Source: the human T2T-CHM13v2.0 reference genome, Homo sapiens. From it: DNA of 64,000 bases. The notes beneath the pieces were generated by a model. That model did not search any database, was not told the origin of the DNA, and worked only from the letters and a program-made list of their open reading frames with translations. Shown here one piece after another: positions 28,289 through 41,470 of this stretch (its first letter is position 1; every line of letters begins with the position of its first letter). Where the stretch lies: assembly GCF_009914755.1 (NCBI RefSeq), contig NC_060938.1; one strand, given 5' to 3'. Both the position numbers and the translations under genes were made by a program.

Positions 28289-30224
28289 ACAGCTATAAAA
28301 CATACAGCAATAATTTTTGTCAATGTCTACTACAAATCCAATATAACAGTAAATATAAAACCCACCAGATATTGAAGAAAAAATATGTAGAGTACCTCAA
28401 TTGCAAATGTTGATACTAAAATGCCAAATAAAATAAAAATAATTTTCAACAATATTTGAAACAGTAACACAAGAAATTGGCAAAAAAAAAATAAAACAAA
28501 TATCCACCTTGGGGATGAAAGTGTGCTTCCAAATTTGGTAATCCAATAATATTAATAATCATATTGATTAGCCCAAATTAAAAATAAATAGGGGATTCTC
28601 AGTACATGCTAAAATATATTTGTTAAAAGGCAATATTCATGTCTTTAAAGATTTTAAATGCTATAAAGAGTCTGATATTCTATAGGCAAACATGTGTATG
28701 TCCATTAGAAGAAGAGAGGTCTGATTTTCATATGTTACTACATAGAGATAGAGAAGTGGATAGATTAATTTGCATATGCATAGAGAAAGCATAAAATAGA
28801 AATTTACTATCATATTAAAGGAATTTTAATTCAACAATAAAATAATTCAAAGGTAAAATTTTAAATATTTTTAACAGGTACATTATTAATATTAGATAAT
28901 ATTTATAATTGTGAAAATATTCAATGCTAAAATAAGATGCAATGTCTAAACATCAGTATTAAAACTAGTATAAATATTTGCTTGTTTATACAAGGAAAAT
29001 TCAAGCTCGACCTAAAATTATATAGGAAATAAAATAAAAATTTTAAGGGAGCTCTTTAATAACATAAACATATATATATATACACACACACATATAACAT
29101 GTATATATGTTATATGGGATATAGATTTAACATGTTATATCTATATTTGTATCTATAACTACAGCTGTATGTATCTACATTTCTATATATTTACTCAGTG
29201 ACATAAATATAGACAGGAATAAATATAAAGACACATGATTCTTGGATAAAAAGGATTTAGTATCATAAAGACAAATTCTTTCCAAATTCACTTATGAATT
29301 CACAACAATATACAGTTTCATTAGTATAATTTAAAATTTTTAAATAAATTCCAAGATTCATTTAAAGGAATATACATGTATACAAGCAGTCAAGAAAGAA
29401 GCAAGAGTGCACTAAACTAACTTGCTATTAAAATACATTTTTAAACTTAGTAACTGAAACTGAGCAGTACTGATTTGCAATACTGGAATTTAGGTATATG
29501 GGATCTCAAAAGCACAGAGCTCAAAGGAGACCCCTGTATGCATGAGAGCTTAGGATGTGCTTTAGAAAATATTACCAAACCACGGGCAAAGTTACTTTAG
29601 TGTCTTAGTCTTACTAGGTTTGAAAAGCCAGAGAAAAGACTCAAGACCACCATATAAGAGCAAAACAAAAGGACAGGGAGAGAATGTGAAGATACTGAAA
29701 CATTTTACGTAAAGTTGTATAAAACATCTTTTAAAGAAAATGTAAAGTTTAGGATATACATCAAAATCAGCAGAGCCACTAAATAAATAAATAGGCATTG
29801 TAAAACAGCAAGAGAAAATTTAAATGGATTTCTAAAAAATATTGACACCTATGATTTTTAAAATATGTTTAAGAAATCCCGTATTTCACAGGGCAGCCTT
29901 TCACAACACAGATATGTTAGGACATAAAGGTCCTTCTGTTTTTAATTTACTAGAGTTTATAGGGTTACAAATGTCTTCTACCCTTGTCTTTTGTCTGATG
30001 ATGAAAAAATTTTCATAAGCATGTATTTCTGAATGCCTGATGGATTGACATATATAATATGCTGCTAGTATTAAAATATGTGACGGAAAACACATCCAAT
30101 CTTCTCACTGTTTACATAAATTCTAGGTTTCTCCTATTTACCTCAAGCACGTATGGAGCGAATTCTTACCTTTTAATATTGCCATGGCATTCACATTGAA
30201 CATAAGTTGAACTCTCTCTTATGG

Positions 30225-31345
30225 TAGCTGGGTTCAGATTCCCTTGACAATTTGCAGTTCTAACCCTCACAGTTCCTCAGTGTGGCTGGCCCAGGTATTG
30301 ACCCTACACAGTTGCCTCCTCCTGGTGACTACCAGCTATGGAACCGTTGGATACAACCTACCTGACTCACTCCACAGACCTCACAGCACACATGGACAGC
30401 TCCCAAACGCCAGAGTGACCTGCTCAGTTGCAGCAGGAGCCAAGAAATATGCCTGCTGGCACTCACCCCACTGACTAGAGCCTCGAGGAAAACATATTTG
30501 GGTAATGTTCTGGGCCCAATAAAGGCTGGAGTCCCACAGACCCCTTTTCTCTCTCTTGCTCCCCACTCGTCTTCCCATTTTGTTCAGCCCTATGAGGTGT
30601 GCTACTGTATTAGTCCATTTTCACACCACCGGTAAAGACATGCCCAAGACTGGGTAATTTCCAGAAGAAAGAGGTTTAATAGACGCACAGTTCCACATGT
30701 CTGGGTAGGCCACACAATCATGGCAGAAGGTGAAAGGCACGTCTCACATGGCAGCAGACAAGACAAGAGAGCTTATGCAGGGAAACTCCTCTTTATAAAA
30801 CCATCAGATCTTGTGAGACTTATTCACTCTCAGAAGAACAGCATGGGAAAGACCTGCCCCCATGATTCAATTTCCTCCAACCTGTTCCGTCCCACAACAT
30901 GTGGGAGTTCAAGATGAGATTTGGCTGGGGACACAGCTAAACCCTCTTCTCAGCTACCCTCTTCTCTCTGGATCTGTGAGTAATAAAACCACTTCTGTGA
31001 TTTCCCATGTTTGGTCCTGTGGCCTCCATGTGTCTGAGCTGACCTACACTGGAACCTAACTCTCCTCCTGGCCAGGGTCTCTGAGAGTGGCTCTTGTCAG
31101 AAATACACAGTACACAGGTCAGGCAACAGTCACCAGGCATCTCCTAGTCTCAACAGATGTTCTGTGAGAGGGAGGCCTGGTCGTGGGGTGCACACCTGGC
31201 CACTGCTGGGGTAAGGAAGTGTCCTGTGAAAGGCACATGTTAAGCATCCACAATGCCCTGACCAGAACCCCAGAAAGGCAGGGCTCCAATTGACAGTCAC
31301 TCTCCAGAGACAAACCTCAAGCCCTAACTGGAGGAAAAGAAAACA
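30225..31345 (+). mobile_element. MER54/MER74-group ERVL LTR interrupted by THE1
   Basis: gagagtggc...acacaggtcaggcaac...ctgtgagaggga...gtgaaaggcaca...cactctccagagacaaacctcaag...gaggaaaagaaaaca; left boundary approximate. Confidence 0.55.
30606..30952 (-). mobile_element. THE1 (MaLR) solo LTR
   Basis: tgtattagtccattttcac...aaagaggtttaat...aaaccatcagatcttgtgagacttattcact...gagatttggctggggacacag; perfect 5-bp TSD GCTAC (30601-30605, 30953-30957). Confidence 0.9.
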
Positions 31346-32545
31346 ATGTAAAAAGTTGAATTTATCTTACTATTTCAATGATCCAGTAAAGACATTTTAT
31401 GCCTGTACACCACATATTTTCTTCGATTGTGGATTTATTTTAGATAGAATTTTATGTCTGGCTTTCACTTTAGCCTGGTCCCTACCTCAAGCATAAGGTA
31501 AAGATTTTCCATGGGTTCTTTTCTGGTACTACTACCTGCCAGTGTGGAGTCATGTCCTAGTCTATCTTGAGGGAATTCCCCTGTTCATTATTGTCAGAGT
31601 GAGACTGTTAAGTCTTGATTTCCCTGGACAACTTCACTGCATGACTTTTAATATGATTTTTTAATATACCCTTTACTGGGCAATAAATTATATAGTTATC
31701 TGAGTAAGAGATATGGTCAGGAAGAGGCATTGCCTCATTCAACTTTTCTCTTTGGTGAACTCGCATATGTTCTCCTCACCCGCCAGTCACCTCTAAACCG
31801 TATTGTTCCAAGACAACAAACAGAACTCGAGTGTGTATCTTTCACCACTGGATTTGTCTTTGCTCCATAAAGCTTCATGCTTAATAGGGTTTCTGTTAGC
31901 ATTTTCTTTTTTTATTTTCCCATAAAATATCACAGGCCTTCTTCATATGGAATTATGGGTGATTTCCTTCAATCTGCATCATATCAAGTTGAGGTTCATG
32001 TTGATGAAAAGTAAAACATACATTGAAAATATCAGTAGTGATGTTTTCCCCTCCTTTTTAGCACCTATGCTTGTGATACAAGCACATTTTAATACAACTG
32101 TAGTCTCATGCTTTGATCATTCCTAAGATGAAAATTACATTTTTAGATAAAATATCTGAGTTTTATGAGGCCTTTTGTATATGATGTGATAGATTATTGG
32201 AAGACCATACTTTTTTCTAGTTTTCCATGCAATTCTATCTTTGTTTCATCTTTACTCCTACAAGAGTAATTTTCCAGAATAGATATCTTGTCATTCTTCC
32301 TGTTGTTATCAATAAATAAGTGAAACGAAAAGCTAGATTACATAATTTATCTAGAACAAGAAAGTAGAATTGAATCAATATTCGTTAATGAGACTGAGCA
32401 GTCAATTACACAGATAGGCATTTTACATTTTGAAGATCATATGGACCCATTGTCAGATATATAATTATTTATTTCTACATGGACATCATCTGTGAATATT
32501 TATGTAGAAATCAATGAGAGCTGATTTTTATTTGTATTATATATA

Positions 32546-32834
<289 letters not shown>

Positions 32835-33819
32835 GAAGCTGATTTTTAAAATACTGAGATCATATAGATGACAGCACCTGAAAAATAGACAACACCAAGC
32901 TTTATGTTAAAAGGTGTGAGGGTATCAATATTTTTGTGGCTATTGGGGAGGAAAATATTAGTAAAACCAGTGAGTTAAAGCTGTTGCTTTAAACTTTGGC
33001 TTTAATTCAACAAATGTTCTCTGTGGTGATAGTACGTATGTAACCATGCTATGCCCATTCACAGATGCAGTAGAGGGAAGAATTTCTCAAAGACAACTGT
33101 TCTAAGATTGAAATTAAACTGTACTGGGTTTGAAAAGAGAAAGTCCAGGAATTACCAAATATTTCAGATATCAGATAAAAGAGAATGCCAGGTATGTGAT
33201 GATAATCAGCAATGGTTGTTCACACAATATATCAAATCAGTATTTGAATTAGCTTTTGAATTACGAGGACAAATGGATCAAGTCTTGACTCATTAGTAGG
33301 TAAATCTTATTAGGCTGAAATGTGTTTTCGCCTGTTTTTCCACAAGGAGATTGCAGATTTGCAAACCTCAGCTGCTCTCATTTTATGCTCTCACCAATCC
33401 AAAAGCTGAAGTTCATCAATCAGTGTGTCTAAATGTTCACTAGTTATATACCATTTTGTAGTTTAGGCTATCTTTCCAACTTCCTAAATCATCACCTTCA
33501 TTTGACCTTGTTTTTTTCAACTATCACTTCTTTACTGACCATATAAAGAATACAAGTAAGTTCTTATTTTCTTATTGTTCATTTTAGTCTAATTTCATCA
33601 AAATATCATAGTTCTTTAATTTCATTTTAATTTCAAAGATTAAAAGAAACCTACATAGAAATAAGTTTAAGATTGTATTTGCGTTATTTTGGCATCAATT
33701 TGCTATCCTCCCTCATACACATAGAGATCATTTCCATGTACGTGATTTCAAACATCCAAGTGCAGTATTAAAAGCAGTTGTCAATTATGGTTCTCATTTT
33801 CATGATACAATTACTATAT

Positions 33820-34622
<803 letters not shown>

Positions 34623-34708
34623 GACATAATCTATTTACATGCAGATTAAAATGTTCTTTATTTTTCTTCCTCCCTGTATTAATTTTTTTAAATAATATGA
34701 ATTGTGGT

Positions 34709-34878
34709 AAAGAGAAAGAAAGAAAAGAAAAGAAAGAAAGTAAAAAGAAGGAAGGAAAGAAGGAAGGAAGGAAAGAAAGAAAGAAGAAAGAAAAGAGGGA
34801 GGAAATGAGAGAAGGAAGGAAGGGAGGGAGGGAGGAAGGGAGAAAGGCAGGAAGGGAGAAAAAAGAAAGAAAGAACAC

Positions 34879-34929
<51 letters not shown>

Positions 34930-35372
34930 GGAAAGAAAGAGACAGAGAGAGAAAGAGAGAAAGAAAGAAAGGAAGAAGAGAGGAAGGAAAGGAGGAAGAG
35001 AGAACTGTAAAAAGGAGGAAGGCAAAGAAAGAAAATAAAGAGGAAAAGGAAGGAAGGAAGGAAGGAAAAATGAGGAAAGGAAGGGAGGGAGGAAGGAAGA
35101 AAAGGAGGGAGGGAGGACGGGAGAAAAAAGAAAGAAAGCAAGGAAGTGAGAAAGAAAGAATAAGAGAAAAGAAGGAAGAAAAGAAGGGAGGGAGAAAGGA
35201 AGGGAGGGAGGAGGGAAGGAAGAATCAGAGGAAAGAAAGAAGGAAGCAAAGAAGGAAGGAAGGAGAAAAAAAGAAAAAGGAAAAGAAAAGAAAAGGAAGA
35301 GGAAAAGAAGAAAGGAAGGAAGAAGGCAAGGGAAGGAAAGAGAAAAAGGAAGATGGAAAGAAGGAAGGAAGA
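34709..35372. repeat. GA-rich polypurine low-complexity tract with (GAAA)n and (GGAA)n
   Basis: ~660 bp almost purely A/G on the plus strand. Confidence 0.95.
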
Positions 35373-35454
35373 CCGCAAACATTAGAAATTCTGGGTTTGT
35401 TAGAGAATATGCCATACTGTTTTTTTTTCACTTGAAAGGAAAGAGTATCTGCCA

Positions 35455-36060
35455 TTGCAGATTGGATGTCTTGTTGGTGATATTGTTGTTCTTATCTTCC
35501 ATATGGTTACTGAGTCTGTGCCTAGTCTGTCCCTTACTAAGACAAAAGTTTTGAAGTCTGCAAATATAATTTTGGATTTTTCTAGTTCACCTTTGATTTC
35601 TTTCATGTTTTTCCTCATGTATTTGGATGTTCTGTTGTTAGCTGCATACCCTAATTAGTAGGATGTTTACATCTTCTTGAGAATTGATTATTATATTATC
35701 TATTATCTCTCATCTCTGATACTATTTCTTGTTCTGAACTCTGTTGTGTCTAATATCAATGTCGTCCTTCCACAGCTTTATTTTAGTGTTTCCATGATAT
35801 GGCTTTCTCCATATCTTGATGATAACCTATTTGTATCTCTATATATTTGGAGCAAGATATAAAATTTAGAGTTGATTTTTTAAAGATTTTCCAAGATGTA
35901 ATTCTTATTTATTTTTGTTCTATTTGACATTCTCTGAGTTTCCTATATCTGAAATTTGATTTTCTGTCACTTCTTTTAGAATATTTTTGGCAGTTATTTT
36001 GAAAAATATTTCTTTTGCTCCACTATTTTTTCCTATTTTCTTTTTGGGATTTCAATTATA
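35455..36060 (-). mobile_element. Old L1M fragment
   Basis: ttgaagtct...ataattttggattt...ctgttgttagctgcatac...acatcttcttgagaattga...tctaatatcaat, typical antisense L1 ORF2 5' region. Confidence 0.6.
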
Positions 36061-36292
36061 ACTAGGGTAGGTAATTTCATCTCAGTCTTATGCAGGTACT
36101 TTTTCTCAGGATCTCAGGAATGTAGACTTCTCACACTTCTGTTCTTTTCCTGGCTGTGTTGGTGAGCTCAGTATATTCCTCCTTCACCTTCAAGAGCAGT
36201 TTTGTTTTGTTTTTCCTGTTTTCATACTCCCAGCATCATGAGTATTCTAGGTGTGTCAGTTTTTGTTACCTTCCCCTACATATTAAGTGGAA

Positions 36293-36575
36293 TATCTTGG
36301 TCTATTTGGATTCTTATAACAAAATAACATGAACTGGGTGACTAAAAAACAACAGATATTTCTTTTTTCACACTTCTTGAGGCTGTAAGATCTCAGGTCA
36401 AAATGCTCACAAATTCAGTGTTGATGAGAGCCCATTTCATGGTTCATAGATGGTGCCTTCTTTCTATGTCCTCACATAGTGGAAGGCACACAAGAACTCC
36501 ACTGAGCTTCTTTTATAAAGGCACTAATCCCATTCAAAAGGGCTCGGCCCCAAAGACCTGGTCACCTCCCAAGTG
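36293..36575 (-). mobile_element. MLT1A-like LTR
   Basis: ataacaaaata...actgggtgact..aaacaacaga...tgtcctcacat...ttttataaaggcactaatcccattca...cacctcccaa. Confidence 0.7.
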
Positions 36576-37419
36576 TTCTGCTCTCCCTGATCTGTATCAT
36601 ATACAGACTCTCTTGGATTCCTTACCAATTGCTTGAGCGATCACAGTGGGTTTGTGCGGAAAAAGTTTTCAAGATGATGGATCTTTCCCAACTTCTGCAG
36701 CTGTCAGCCATTTCCCAATCCGACCAGCCCCACTTTGTCCTTAGGAATGTATTGATTATTCCAGCTTTACGTGTCATAGTGGTGTCTATTTGCATCTGTC
36801 CTATGTAAGTGCATCTGTCCCCTTTCTCCTTGCAGGTGCCTCCTTTCCCTGACATTTTGACTCAGTTCTTGGCAACCTGGTTGCTATAAAAATAAAGTCA
36901 TGACTTTGAAGTCAGTTTGGTTATTACATTGTTGTAAGGTTAGGAGCCCTATTCCATCCCAGCTCTGCAAAACCCAGAATTTTGGGGGGGTTGAAATTTT
37001 AGGCTTTCTCTTTGAATTGTAGTTTTATCTTTTTTCAACTACAATTTGCATTTTCATAATGATTAATGAGACTAAGCTTTTTTTGTGTAGTTGACTGTAC
37101 CTTTGGATTTTTTTCCCAAATCCCTTTTCACTTCTTATTTTCTTTATGGTTTCAGAAAATGTAGTTTACATAATTGCAGCTTGATTTTTTAATCAGTTAA
37201 TGGTATGCTTAATGGAGGGAAAAAATATTAACTATATTTCCCTTTTTAATTACTGTGCTTTTTTCTTTTCTAAGGAAATATTTCATTATGTTAAATTTTA
37301 GTGTTATTCTACTTAGCTATCCCTTAAATATTACAGTATTTTGGATTTCACATATAAATTTGTAACACATCTTGAGTTTTTTGTATATACAGTAAGGCTA
37401 TTTTCTCTTTTTTGTTTTC

Positions 37420-37845
37420 TAAGGCAAAAATCACATAATATAAAATTAATAACTTAACCATTTTAAAACATACAATGCAATTGCTTTCAGAATATTCACA
37501 ATGTTCCAGGATAATTTCATCATGTCCCTTCTAAAAGCCCATTATGCATTAAGTTGTTACACCCTATTCTGCTTCCCTGAGCCCTAATGACCACTAATCT
37601 GATTTATATCCCAATTGATTTGCCGATTCCTGATGTTTCATGTGAATAAAATCAAGTAATGTTTGTCCTTCTGTGAATTTAACATAATGCTTTCAAATTT
37701 CACCCATATTATACCATGTATAAGTACTTCATTCTTTGTTATAGCTGGAAATTGGGTGTCCATTTATGAGTCAACAAGCATATGGATTGTTTCCACTTTT
37801 TGACTGTATAAATATTACTGCTGTAAATATTCATGCACATGTTTA
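37420..37845 (-). mobile_element. L1MB-like 3' region
   Basis: tcacataatataaaatt...accactaatctg...aacataatgctttcaa...agtacttcattc...gattgtttccactttttgact. Confidence 0.7.
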
Positions 37846-38246
37846 TTTTTTGAGCACCTATGTTTTGTAAGAGTAACAGCTGACTTAAGAGAAACAATGG
37901 AAGGCAAGAGGCAGTAGAATAATATAGTCAAAAGATGCAAACAAAAATAAACTGTCAGCCACCAATTCCTTATCCAGCAATTATTTTTCAAAAATGAAGA
38001 TAACACAAAGACTTACCCAAATTAACAGAAATATTAACTGAAGTTGTTGCTGGCAGACCTACCATATATAAAAAAAAAAAAAAAACTAAATAAATTCCTA
38101 AGGCAAAAGCCAGTTACAAAAGACAGTCATTTGAATGCACATTTTTAAAAAAGCACTGGTATAGGTAATATTAACATTATAAAAGACAGTATAAATGCAT
38201 GTTTTCTCTTTATCATAAATTGTTTATAAAATAATATGTGTATAAC

Positions 38247-38664
<418 letters not shown>

Positions 38665-39349
38665 CTAGATGGTAAAGTAATAATTACTAAAATGTATTGT
38701 TGGCTTTGTGACTTTAATAGATGTAATGTGTAAAGTGATAATACTTTAAAATGGAAGAAATAAAAGAGATTTCTAAAAGAATGATGTTTCTATGTATTAA
38801 TGAAAGTTTACTAGTATAAATTGGAAGACGATTTGAATAACTAGTTTTCCATGTACTTATATGGTAAACTTACAACAACAACAAAAATTCTCAAAAATAT
38901 ATAGTAAAATAATTCATTAGTAATCTAAAGTTCCCTGTTTTAGAAAATATTCATTCATTGTAAAATAAAGCAATAAAGAAAAATATTTGGGAAATATAGA
39001 AAACAAACTGTAAAATGGCAGTCATAAATAGAATTATACCAATTATAATATTAAATGTGAGCAGATTAAAGTCCAATCAAGAGGCAGAGATTGTCGGACT
39101 GGATCAAAACAAGTGATCCCAATATACCCGGAGATGCAAGGATACTAATGGATTGAAAGTAAAAAGATGATAAAAAATATCATGCAAAGAGCAATCATAA
39201 GAACACTGAACTCATTATACTCATAACACACGATATAGACTATTAAAAATGTGAATAGGATTTTAAATATTTATATTGTAGTAATAAGGAGGTCAAGGAT
39301 TTTGGAAGACATAGCTATTACAGTCATGTATGCACAGATATCAGCTAAA

Positions 39350-39761
39350 TTGTTTCCTCTATATAGATGCTGAAATCCTAACCACTGAAAATGACCTCAT
39401 TAGAAAATAGGTTCTTTACAGGTGATTAAGTTAAGATAAAATCAGATGAGCCTGAATTCAATATGACTGATGTCCTTATAAAAAAAAAAAATTGAGTAGA
39501 GGGAGACATACACACAGGGAGAGTACCATGTGATTATGAGGGCAGAGATTAGCCAAGGAAGGCCAAAGACTGCCACTAAACCACCAGAAGCAAGAAACAA
39601 GGCACAGAACAGACTTTCTCTCATAGCCCTTGTAGGGACCATCCCTGCTGACACCTCAATCTCAGACTTTTAGCTTCCAGGACTATAAGACTATAAATGT
39701 ATGTTGTTCAAGGCACCCAGTTTGTGTTAGTTGGTTATGGGAGCCCTAGAAAACTAATACA
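39350..39761 (+). mobile_element. MLT1C-like LTR
   Basis: gaaatagg..ctttacaggtgattaagttaagat...aaaccaccagaagc...ccctgctgacacctcaatctcagactt...gccctagaaaactaataca. Confidence 0.8.
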
Positions 39762-39963
39762 TGAACTAATAACAAAGCATAATAACATGAAGAAAAAATT
39801 GACAAAAGAGGAGCATCAGCAAAACAGCAGTGTGTTGTTCAAGGCACCCAGTTTGTGTTAGTTGGTTATGGGAGCCCTAGAAAACTAATACATGAACTAA
39901 TAACAAAGCATAATAACATGAAGAAAAAATTGACAAAAGAGGAGCATCAGCAAAACAGCAGTG
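39702..39963. repeat. Perfect 131-bp tandem duplication
   Basis: 39702-39832 and 39833-39963 are identical on base-by-base reading. Confidence 0.92.
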
Positions 39964-41470
39964 GAGACAGCTGCAATCTTTCATTTCCCCACAGAAACAT
40001 CACACAACTAAGAGAAACTGTCCGAATAAACTTTGCCAAAACTCTGGAAAATGGTCAAAAGATTACAGCAACCAAGTGAAAGCAGACTCAAGAAAAAGAC
40101 AACTTGAAAACTTTATGACATTTTTAACTTGCCTTTGCAGCAGCAAATTGGCAGTTTTGAAGTGTCAGAAGCCCACGTTCCCAGTGAGGAACCCTGGTCC
40201 ATGATCCAAAGGAACAAGAGAAGATCTTACCCGCAAATTACTATGTGTCTGTTCTGACTGGTGTGGGGGATACCTAAAGGACTCATGAAAGGCTTTTGTT
40301 TTTTCTGTGTTGCTAGAATACAGAACAGATAAGGAATGGACATTATCAAGAAACTCTGCAAGGAGACCTAACAAACCACAGATGCTTAGGGCAAAAATTA
40401 GAGCTTACACATATAGTAGATCACCTTCAGCACAGGAAGAAAAGTTGGAGAAGAGTATTTGGAAAACTAAGACATTCAAAATCATTCACGTACACAAGAG
40501 AGTCTAGAAAGTCACATGTATGCATAGGTTAAGCCACATGCTGACAAATGTCATAAGAAGACCCTACACTTTTACCTTGGCGGATCCCTCTCCTCAGTGC
40601 AAGCTCTGTGCAAGAGTGAACTTGAACTTCACTCAGTGCAAGAGTGAACACACACTTTGTTTCGGCTTTAAAGAACCCAGCACGAAGCCAGTCTGCATGG
40701 CCTAGAGACATATTTTGCTGGATAATGATTACTTGTTTTTCTTTTCGTTTTTGTTGTATTTGCCTGTTTGCTTAGTTCCTGACATACAAGAAAATCACTG
40801 TCAAAACATTAGCTTAACATTTGTCAAGGAAACAAAAAGACTTCGGTGACCACACCTTATAAAGCAAACAGTTTTGTAAATCACTTTGGAAAATTTCAGT
40901 AAAAAAAAAATCCTTAACAATATAATAAGTAAAGAAAACTTAAAACCCCAAAACATTACTGTGTTTGTGGGGGGGGGTCTGATTTACAGAGTAACCACAT
41001 AGTAATTATAATTATTATAATGCCCAGTTTTCAAAAAAAGTTCCAAGGCATACAAAGAATGGGAAAGTGTGGCTCATTCAAAGGAACAAAACAAATTGAC
41101 AGAGAATATCTCTAAGGAAACCCAGACTTCAAACTTACTAGACAAAGACTTTAAAACAACTCTCTTAATTATACTCAAATGTCACAAGGAAAACATAAAC
41201 AAAGAAATAAAGGATTCAGAAAAAATATTAAAATGTAGGAATATCAACAGAGATAGCAGAAATTCTGGAGTGGAAAACTACAACGATCAAAATTTAAAAA
41301 TCAACAGAGGGATTTAAGAGTATATTTGCACACACAGAAGAAGTCATGAGCTTGAAGATAAGAAAAGGGAAAATATTGACTCTGAGAAACAGATAAAAAA
41401 TGAGCAGAGACTAAGGAATCTGTGGGACATCATCAAATAGACCAACATTCATATTCTAGAAGGATAAATT
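39964..41470 (+). mobile_element. Old L1M 5'/ORF1 region
   Basis: ORF1-like remnant in ORF 41069-41317 (QTSNLLDKDFKTTLLIILK); gagcttgaagataag; ctgtgggacatcatcaaatagaccaacatt. Confidence 0.65.
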
